Source: Eledone cirrhosa (taxonomy: Eukaryota). From it: a DNA stretch of 25,514 bases. Location: the NCBI GenBank assembly GCA_964016885.1, contig CAXHJY010001604.1:1-25514 (forward strand), written 5' to 3'. Numbering within the stretch: position 1 is the stretch's first letter; every line of letters starts with the position of its first letter. This document shows positions 1-13,325 of this stretch, piece by piece. The translations under genes and the position numbers were made by a program. A model generated the notes under the pieces. The model was given only the letters and a program-made list of their open reading frames with translations, did not search any database and had not been told where the DNA came from.

Positions 1-1533
<1,533 letters not shown>

Positions 1534-1680
1534 AAGCTTGAAACTAGTACATCGTTCCTGTGTCAGTGTTGAACAAAAAGGTGACGTGGTTGCCTTAACA
1601 CCGTATGGCATAAATTCAGGCTGTTCAGTTTGTTTACAAACGAACAAAGCGACGTTAGCGCCGCTAAACTGATACGTGCA
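1534..1680. other. Unassigned non-coding island with small hairpins (copy 1)
   Basis: tgttc-a-gtttgt-tt-acaaac-gaaca hairpin and ttagcg-c-cgctaa palindrome; identical copy at 11285-11431. Confidence 0.4.
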
Positions 1681-1921
1681 TATATGTATGTGTACCTGTA
1701 TGCATATGTATGTATATATGTATATATATATATATATATGTGCATGCTACTGTACGTCTGTATACATATATGTATGTACGTATACATGCATACTTACATT
1801 TAAGTAAGTGCCATACTAAGAGTGAGAAATGAAATTTCGTTTTCATTTTGTTTCAATATATGTATATATATATATGTATATGTATATATATATGTATATG
1901 GATATATATATGTATATATAT

Positions 1922-1955
<34 letters not shown>

Positions 1956-1960
1956 ATGAT

Positions 1961-2293
1961 GGAGGCACATGGCTTAGTGGTTAGAGCATTGGCCTTGCAA
2001 TCGAAAGGTTGTGAGTTCAATTCTCAGACTGGGTGATGTGTTGTTTCCTTGAGCAAGACACTTTATTTCACATTGCTCCAGTTTACTCAGCTGTAGAAAT
2101 GCGATGATAGGGACTGGGGTCTATATCATTCCACTGCAAAGTGGTCGTGGAGGTGCCACGGCAAAAAAGCACCCAGCACTCACTGTAAATGAGGTTGGTG
2201 TTAGGAAGGGCATCCAGCTGTAGAAATCAAGCCAAAATCAGTTCCCATCCCACCCTTGCAAGCAGGGAAAAAGCGGACGTAAAATGTAAAATG
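1961..2293 (+). mobile_element. tRNA-derived CORE-type SINE with RTE-derived 3' part (copy 1)
   Basis: Pol III A box tggcttagtgg (1970-1980), B-box-like agttcaattct (2014-2024), CORE-like ccttgagcaagacacttt...cagctgtagaaatg, 3' end matching the RTE at 21672-21709. Confidence 0.85.
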
Positions 2294-2310
2294 AATATAT
2301 ATATATATAT

Positions 2311-2344
<34 letters not shown>

Positions 2345-2380
2345 ATGTATATGTATATATATATATATGTATATGTATAT

Positions 2381-2414
<34 letters not shown>

Positions 2415-2432
2415 ATGTATATGTATATATAT

Positions 2433-3252
<820 letters not shown>

Positions 3253-3661
3253 GGTGGCTGCCAACTCGTTTTCGAGTACGGCCACTACTTTATATCCATG
3301 TAGGAGAACCCCTACCGATGCGCTGAACGAATGTGACTTTAGTCCAGCCAGCGACTTGAAAACTCTGGTACAAAGACTACACTTGTGACCATTATTGACA
3401 CATAGTGCAGGGCCCATGGTACCATGTGATGACAAGTGCAGAGAGATCTCCAGATATAAAGCAATGCCTGTGCTGTGAAGCTTTTATAGTGAGCAAAGGC
3501 ACTGCACAAAGCCAGTCCCACTCTCTTAACCAAGATGATATTTACCAAAAAGAAGAACAGGTCAACATCATTGGATACCATCAGGGTTGCAGGTGTTATA
3601 TCAGAGTTTTCCTTCTCCTAGAATTCTGCCTTGACAAAGGCTAAGGGGTCATCTCTCCCGG
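3253..3661 (-). mobile_element. RTE-derived non-autonomous element, 5'-truncated copy
   Basis: ~98% identical to 4584-4994 with the same left (3') end; minus strand encodes zinc-finger remnant [17 protein letters not shown] and a terminal hairpin gtggc..ctcg-aaaa-cgag..gccac. Confidence 0.7.
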
Positions 3662-4583
3662 CATATACATGTATATATACATACATGTATATATACATAT
3701 ACATATACATACATGCACATATACATATATATACATACATACATATACACACATACATACATATATATACATACATACATACACATATACATACATACAT
3801 ACATACATACATACACATACATATACATACACACATATATACATATACATACATACATATACATACATATACACATACATATATATACATACATACACAT
3901 ATACATACATACATACATACATACACATATACATACATACATACATACATACATACACATATATATACATACATATACACATACATACACATACACATAT
4001 ATACATATATATACATACATACACATACATACATACATACATACACATACATACATACATATACATATATACACACACATACATATATATACATATATAC
4101 ACATACATACATATATATACATACATACACATACATACACATACATATACATACATATATACATACACATACATACATATATACATACACATACATATAT
4201 ATATACATACATATATACACATACATACATATACATACACATACACACATATACATACACAACATACATACATATACATACATATACATACATACATACA
4301 CATACATACATATACATACATACATACATATACATACACACACATACATACATATACATACATACATATATATACATATACATACACACATATACATACA
4401 TACATATACACACACATACATACATACATATACATACATACACACATATATATACACATACATACATATATACATATACATACACACATACATATACATA
4501 CATACATACATATACATACATACATATACACAGATACATATATATACATATACATACATACATACATATACATACATACATAT
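3662..4583. repeat. (CATA)n/(CA/TA) compound microsatellite
   Basis: Direct inspection; composition differs from the other tracts. Confidence 0.97.
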
Positions 4584-5193
4584 GGTGGCTGCCAACTCGT
4601 TTTCGAGTACGGCCACTACTTTATATCCATGTAGGAGAACCCCTACCGATGCGCTGAACGAGTGTGACTTTTTAGTCCAGCCAGCGACTTGAAAACTCTG
4701 GTACAAACACTACACTTGTGACAATTACTGACACATAGTGCTGGGCCCATGGTACCATGTGACGACAAGTGCAGAGAGATCTCCAGATATAAAGCAATGC
4801 CTGTGCCGTGAAGCTTTTATAGTGAGCAAAGGCACTGCACAAAGCCAGTCCCACTCTCTTAACCAAGATGATATTTACCAAAAAGAAGAACAAGTCAACA
4901 TCATTGGATACCATCAGGGTTGCAGGTGTTATATCAGAGTTTTCCTTCTCCTAGAATTCTGCCTTGACAAAGGCTAAGGGGTCATCTCTCCCGGTGATTT
5001 TGGATGGCCATTGACTCTTAAGAGCTCCTTTGCCCTTTGACAGGTTTTGTTTTTAGTCCTGCAGGATGTCCAAAGTCACCCTCCTCACCAAGAAACCTTG
5101 GTGGGGGGTTGCCAGTTTAGTCGCCAACGACCCGACCATGAAACAGGTTGTACTGGGATACATGTTACCAGTAGCACCAACTGGTGACCTGAC
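4584..5193 (-). mobile_element. RTE-derived bipartite non-autonomous element (~610 bp), longer copy
   Basis: Minus strand has a motif recalled from RTE 5' regions (ctaggagaaggaaaactctg, 4935-4954), then a C2H2 remnant and a 3' hairpin; no RT or endonuclease. Confidence 0.7.
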
Positions 5194-5291
5194 ATATATA
5201 CATATATATATACATATATATATACATATATATATACATATATACATATATATATACATATATATATGTATATATATACATATATATATAC

Positions 5292-5387
<96 letters not shown>

Positions 5388-5473
5388 ATACATATACATA
5401 CATATATATATACATACATATATATATACATACATATATATATATATACATACATATATATATATATACATAC

Positions 5474-5506
<33 letters not shown>

Positions 5507-5573
5507 CATACACATATATATATATATACATACATATATATATATATACATACATATATATATATATACATAC

Positions 5574-5606
<33 letters not shown>

Positions 5607-5719
5607 ATACATATATATATATATATACATTATATATATATACATATATATAATATATATATACATATATATATATATACATACATATATATATATATAC
5701 ATATATAATATATATATAC

Positions 5720-5754
<35 letters not shown>

Positions 5755-5928
5755 CATATATATATACATATATATATATATACATATATATATATAATAT
5801 ATGTATATATATACATATATATATATACATATGTATATATATACATATATATACATATATATGTATATATACATATATATATACATATATATATATATAT
5901 ACATATATATACATATGTATATATATAC

Positions 5929-5961
<33 letters not shown>

Positions 5962-6039
5962 CATATATATATATGTATATATATATATATGTATATATAT
6001 ACATATATATATATGTATATATATACATATATATATATG

Positions 6040-6104
<65 letters not shown>

Positions 6105-6105
6105 G

Positions 6106-6185
<80 letters not shown>

Positions 6186-6205
6186 CATATATATATATAT
6201 ATATG

Positions 6206-6257
<52 letters not shown>

Positions 6258-6258
6258 C

Positions 6259-6301
<43 letters not shown>

Positions 6302-6302
6302 C

Positions 6303-6342
<40 letters not shown>
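5194..6342. repeat. (TA)n microsatellite
   Basis: Direct inspection. Confidence 0.97.
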
Positions 6343-6348
<6 letters not shown>

Positions 6349-6479
6349 ATAAATGCTCTGAAATAGCGATATATATGTGAATATAGACATAGAATATTCG
6401 AAAATATTCTGTATGTTTATAATAAACATTTTGAAGACCTAATCGCTATAGAATAGAATACGTCACGTATTACAATTAG

Positions 6480-6568
6480 ATTCTCGATAAAAGCAAGGGA
6501 AGTAATCTACGCGTTTCATTCTTGTTAGAAATCATCAGGACTACATATCCAGTGCTTTTATCGAGAAT
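6480..6568 (-). ncRNA. Type I hammerhead ribozyme
   Basis: Reverse complement of 7907-7995. Confidence 0.85.
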
Positions 6569-6789
6569 GACACAGCTAGAGACTTATAGAATACTTAGCT
6601 GTGTACAGGAACTGGTTTGAAAGAGCGGTTGCCGGTCCGGCAGAAATTAGAAATTGGAATAAATGCTCTGAAATAGCGATATATATGTGAATATAGACAT
6701 AGAATATTCGAAAATATTCTGTATGTTTATAATAAAAATTTTGAAGACCTAATCGCTATAGAATAGAATACGTCACGTATTACAATTAG

Positions 6790-6878
6790 ATTCTCGATAA
6801 AAGCAAGGGAAGTAATCTACGCGTTTCATTCTTGTTAGAAATCATCAGGACTACATATCCAGTGCTTTTATCGAGAAT
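6790..6878 (-). ncRNA. Type I hammerhead ribozyme
   Basis: Identical unit copy (+310). Confidence 0.85.
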
Positions 6879-7099
6879 GACACAGCTAGAGACTTATAGA
6901 ATACTTAGCTGTGTACAGGAACTGGTTTGAAAGAGCGGTTGCCGGTCCGGCAGAAATTAGAAATTGGAATAAATGCTCTGAAATAGCGATATATATGTGA
7001 ATATAGACATAGAATATTCGAAAATATTCTGTATGTTTATAATAAACATTTTGAAGACCTAATCGCTATAGAATAGAATACGTCACGTATTACAATTAG

Positions 7100-7188
7100 A
7101 TTCTCGATAAAAGCAAGGGAAGTAATCTACGCGTTTCATTCTTGTTAGAAATCATCAGGACTACATATCCAGTGCTTTTATCGAGAAT
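7100..7188 (-). ncRNA. Type I hammerhead ribozyme
   Basis: Identical unit copy. Confidence 0.85.
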
Positions 7189-7409
7189 GACACAGCTAGA
7201 GACTTATAGAATACTTAGCTGTGTACAGGAACTGGTTTGAAAGAGCGGTTGCCGGTCCGGCAGAAATTAGAAATTGGAATAAATGCTCTGAAATAGCGAT
7301 ATATATGTGAATATAGACATAGAATATTCGAAAATATTCTGTATGTTTATAATAAACATTTTGAAGACCTAATCGCTATAGAATAGAATACGTCACGTAT
7401 TACAATTAG

Positions 7410-7498
7410 ATTCTCGATAAAAGCAAGGGAAGTAATCTACGCGTTTCATTCTTGTTAGAAATCATCAGGACTACATATCCAGTGCTTTTATCGAGAAT
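7410..7498 (-). ncRNA. Type I hammerhead ribozyme
   Basis: Identical unit copy; the next copy (from 7720) is cut inside CUGAUGA by the inversion junction. Confidence 0.85.
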
Positions 7499-7906
7499 GA
7501 CACAGCTAGAGACTTATAGAATACTTAGCTGTGTACAGGAACTGGTTTGAAAGAGCGGTTGCCGGTCCGGCAGAAATTAGAAATTGGAATAAATGCTCTG
7601 AAATAGCGATATATATGTGAATATAGACATAGAATATTCGAAAATATTCTGTATGTTTATAATAAACATTTTGAAGACCTAATCGCTATAGAATAGAATA
7701 CGTCACGTATTACAATTAGATTCTCGATAAAAGCAAGGGAAGTAATCTACGCGTTTCATTCTTGTTAGAAATCGATGTCTATATTCACATATATATCGCT
7801 ATTTCAGAGCATTTATTCCAATTTCTAATTTCTGCCGGACCGGCAACCGCTCTTTCAAACCAGTTCCTGTACACAGCTAAGTATTCTATAAGTCTCTAGC
7901 TGTGTC

Positions 7907-7995
7907 ATTCTCGATAAAAGCACTGGATATGTAGTCCTGATGATTTCTAACAAGAATGAAACGCGTAGATTACTTCCCTTGCTTTTATCGAGAAT
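7907..7995 (+). ncRNA. Type I hammerhead ribozyme
   Basis: Stem I gtagtc (7931-36)/gattac (7968-73); core CTGATGA 7937-43; stem II t-ttct-aaca-agaa-t; GAAA 7958-61; palindromic stem III ACGCGT; GUA triplet with cleavage after 7967; distal 16-bp stem attctcgataaaagca/tgcttttatcgagaat. Confidence 0.88.
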
Positions 7996-8216
7996 CTAAT
8001 TGTAATACGTGACGTATTCTATTCTATAGCGATTAGGTCTTCAAAATGTTTATTATAAACATACAGAATATTTTCGAATATTCTATGTCTATATTCACAT
8101 ATATATCGCTATTTCAGAGCATTTATTCCAATTTCTAATTTCTGCCGGACCGGCAACCGCTCTTTCAAACCAGTTCCTGTACACAGCTAAGTATTCTATA
8201 AGTCTCTAGCTGTGTC

Positions 8217-8305
8217 ATTCTCGATAAAAGCACTGGATATGTAGTCCTGATGATTTCTAACAAGAATGAAACGCGTAGATTACTTCCCTTGCTTTTATCG
8301 AGAAT
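8217..8305 (+). ncRNA. Type I hammerhead ribozyme
   Basis: Identical unit copy (+310). Confidence 0.85.
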
Positions 8306-8526
8306 CTAATTGTAATACGTGACGTATTCTATTCTATAGCGATTAGGTCTTCAAAATGTTTATTATAAACATACAGAATATTTTCGAATATTCTATGTCT
8401 ATATTCACATATATATCGCTATTTCAGAGCATTTATTCCAATTTCTAATTTCTGCCGGACCGGCAACCGCTCTTTCAAACCAGTTCCTGTACACAGCTAA
8501 GTATTCTATAAGTCTCTAGCTGTGTC

Positions 8527-8615
8527 ATTCTCGATAAAAGCACTGGATATGTAGTCCTGATGATTTCTAACAAGAATGAAACGCGTAGATTACTTCCCTT
8601 GCTTTTATCGAGAAT
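8527..8615 (+). ncRNA. Type I hammerhead ribozyme
   Basis: Identical unit copy. Confidence 0.85.
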
Positions 8616-8836
8616 CTAATTGTAATACGTGACGTATTCTATTCTATAGCGATTAGGTCTTCAAAATGTTTATTATAAACATACAGAATATTTTCGAATA
8701 TTCTATGTCTATATTCACATATATATCGCTATTTCAGAGCATTTATTCCAATTTCTAATTTCTGCCGGACCGGCAACCGCTCTTTCAAACCAGTTCCTGT
8801 ACACAGCTAAGTATTCTATAAGTCTCTAGCTGTGTC

Positions 8837-8925
8837 ATTCTCGATAAAAGCACTGGATATGTAGTCCTGATGATTTCTAACAAGAATGAAACGCGTAGAT
8901 TACTTCCCTTGCTTTTATCGAGAAT
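8837..8925 (+). ncRNA. Type I hammerhead ribozyme
   Basis: Identical unit copy. Confidence 0.85.
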
Positions 8926-9146
8926 CTAATTGTAATACGTGACGTATTCTATTCTATAGCGATTAGGTCTTCAAAATGTTTATTATAAACATACAGAATA
9001 TTTTCGAATATTCTATGTCTATATTCACATATATATCGCTATTTCAGAGCATTTATTCCAATTTCTAATTTCTGCCGGACCGGCAACCGCTCTTTCAAAC
9101 CAGTTCCTGTACACAGCTAAGTATTCTATAAGTCTCTAGCTGTGTC

Positions 9147-9235
9147 ATTCTCGATAAAAGCACTGGATATGTAGTCCTGATGATTTCTAACAAGAATGAA
9201 ACGCGTAGATTACTTCCCTTGCTTTTATCGAGAAT
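9147..9235 (+). ncRNA. Type I hammerhead ribozyme
   Basis: Identical unit copy. Confidence 0.85.
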
Positions 9236-9456
9236 CTAATTGTAATACGTGACGTATTCTATTCTATAGCGATTAGGTCTTCAAAATGTTTATTATAAAC
9301 ATACAGAATATTTTCGAATATTCTATGTCTATATTCACATATATATCGCTATTTCAGAGCATTTATTCCAATTTCTAATTTCTGCCGGACCGGCAACCGC
9401 TCTTTCAAACCAGTTCCTGTACACAGCTAAGTATTCTATAAGTCTCTAGCTGTGTC

Positions 9457-9545
9457 ATTCTCGATAAAAGCACTGGATATGTAGTCCTGATGATTTCTAA
9501 CAAGAATGAAACGCGTAGATTACTTCCCTTGCTTTTATCGAGAAT
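9457..9545 (+). ncRNA. Type I hammerhead ribozyme
   Basis: Identical unit copy (gtagtcctgatga at 9481). Confidence 0.85.
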
Positions 9546-9647
9546 CTAATTGTAATACGTGACGTATTCTATTCTATAGCGATTAGGTCTTCAAAATGTT
9601 TATTATAAACATACAGAATATTTTCGAATATTCTATGTCTATATTCA

Positions 9648-11284
<1,637 letters not shown>

Positions 11285-11431
11285 AAGCTTGAAACTAGTA
11301 CATCGTTCCTGTGTCAGTGTTGAACAAAAAGGTGACGTGGTTGCCTTAACACCGTATGGCATAAATTCAGGCTGTTCAGTTTGTTTACAAACGAACAAAG
11401 CGACGTTAGCGCCGCTAAACTGATACGTGCA
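11285..11431. other. Unassigned non-coding island (copy 2)
   Basis: Identical to 1534-1680. Confidence 0.4.
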
Positions 11432-11672
11432 TATATGTATGTGTACCTGTATGCATATGTATGTATATATGTATATATATATATATATATGTGCATGCTA
11501 CTGTACGTCTGTATACATATATGTATGTACGTATACATGCATACTTACATTTAAGTAAGTGCCATACTAAGAGTGAGAAATGAAATTTCGTTTTCATTTT
11601 GTTTCAATATATGTATATATATATATGTATATGTATATATATATGTATATGGATATATATATGTATATATAT

Positions 11673-11704
<32 letters not shown>

Positions 11705-11707
11705 GAT

Positions 11708-12040
11708 GGAGGCACATGGCTTAGTGGTTAGAGCATTGGCCTTGCAATCGAAAGGTTGTGAGTTCAATTCTCAGACTGGGTGATGTGTTGTTTCCTTGAG
11801 CAAGACACTTTATTTCACATTGCTCCAGTTTACTCAGCTGTAGAAATGCGATGATAGGGACTGGGGTCTATATCATTCCACTGCAAAGTGGTCGTGGAGG
11901 TGCCACGGCAAAAAAGCACCCAGCACTCACTGTAAATGAGGTTGGTGTTAGGAAGGGCATCCAGCTGTAGAAATCAAGCCAAAATCAGTTCCCATCCCAC
12001 CCTTGCAAGCAGGGAAAAAGCGGACGTAAAATGTAAAATG
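11708..12040 (+). mobile_element. tRNA-derived CORE-type SINE with RTE-derived 3' part (copy 2)
   Basis: Identical to 1961-2293. Confidence 0.85.
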
Positions 12041-12042
12041 AA

Positions 12043-12093
<51 letters not shown>

Positions 12094-12127
12094 GTATATG
12101 TATATATATATATATGTATATGTATAT

Positions 12128-12161
<34 letters not shown>

Positions 12162-12176
12162 GTATATGTATATATA

Positions 12177-12434
12177 TTTGCTAACCAGCAAAAATCCAAA
12201 CAGAACTGGTCTGATAATGAAATCGACATTCTAATAAACACATGGCATTGCCTTTCCCAAACAGAAGATATAGATGCTTCATCTCTGAACGACATTGCTA
12301 AACGTACAGTTCAATTTTTGAAAACTCGATCTGAACAACAGATTCAAAATAAATTAAAGCAAATCGAAATTGCTTTTAAATTAATCAATAAACATTTGGA
12401 TAAACTACGGTGTGTTTTCTCTTCGAATGCTGTC

Positions 12435-12465
<31 letters not shown>

Positions 12466-13325
12466 AGCAGCTACAACAGCAACAACAACAACAGTTACAA
12501 CAACAACATCAACAGCAACAACAACGACAACAGTGTGAACCACTCCTTGATTCATCAACAATGGCCGATCTACTAAATGAAACTATTGACCCCCCAGTAG
12601 CCTCTGTCTCACAGCATGAAACTCCACATCCTTTCTCTGGCCCAGCAGTCCAATCATCACCACTGCCAACATCTCTGCCTACTACTACTACTACTACTAC
12701 AACATTTTTGTCTACTGCTATGTCAAGGAATTTACCTTCTAATACCAGTACAAGAACTCTCCCTCCCACAGTCCACAAAGGTCGTCAAATCCTACCCAAA
12801 CCATCATCTACACCTCTCACAACACACACACCCACATACCCACCCACTCGAAACCCCATCATTTGCCGCTACTCTCTACGCTATAGAATATGTACGGATA
12901 GTGGCTGCAAATTCACCCATTTACCTAGGACAAAACGATCTATCCCCACAAACAGCCACCACCATAATACATACTCTAATTTAACACCAACACAACCACC
13001 AATAACTCAAACAAGGAATCCACAAATCTGCCGTTTTTCCCTGCGAGACAGATTGTGTTTAGACCGGGATTGTCCCTTTACCCATCTCCCGGGGACCCGT
13101 CGGACAAATGAAAATAAAATTAAAAATAAAAGCAAAAACAAAAACCATAACCTACATAAAAATAACCACTACCACAGTCACCAACAGTCTTCTAAACAGG
13201 AAACTTCTTCCTCTTTTTTAGCCATAATGAATCTGGCAAAAGAACTGGAAAAAAACATTCGAGCTATCACCCAGCACCACCCTCCACTATCACCCCACTG
13301 CACAAACTCCCATTGCTGCCATTAA
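12177..13325 (+). CDS. LINE ORF1 (5'-partial): Myb/SANT-like domain, poly-Q, Pro/Thr linker, two CCCH zinc fingers
   Basis: [13 protein letters not shown]...[13 protein letters not shown]; [19 protein letters not shown] and [19 protein letters not shown] (C-x8-C-x4-C-x3-H). Confidence 0.75.

Larger units (their letters stand above)
6343..7773 (-). mobile_element. Retrozyme-like tandem array, left arm: ~4.6 copies of a 310-bp hammerhead-containing unit
   Basis: Exact 310-bp period (aaatagcgat at 6361, 6671, 6981, 7291, 7601); one variant seen (C>A at 6737); ribozyme on the minus strand. Confidence 0.9.
7775..9647 (+). mobile_element. Retrozyme-like tandem array, right (inverted) arm: ~6 copies of the 310-bp unit
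   Basis: Reverse complement of the left-arm unit, period 310 (ccaat ends at 7822, 8132, 8442, 8752, 9062, 9372). Confidence 0.9.

Noticed and set aside
1961-2035. Functional tRNA gene
   Set aside because: A/B boxes present but acceptor and anticodon stems are degenerate, and it continues into a CORE/RTE body, so it is a SINE head
3339-4977. 79-80 aa ORFs in the duplicated element
   Set aside because: No recognisable domain; short frames in a non-autonomous repeat
5100-5193. HDV-like ribozyme as a firm call
   Set aside because: Has a hairpin followed by CUAA and a possible P2, but P1/P3/L3 could not be assembled in canonical order
6343-9647. CRISPR array or coding repeat
   Set aside because: Units are identical with no variable spacers, there are no cas genes, and no ORF
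12177-13325. Host transcription-factor gene
   Set aside because: Overlaps LINE ORF2 directly, has no introns and is truncated by microsatellite; best read as ORF1
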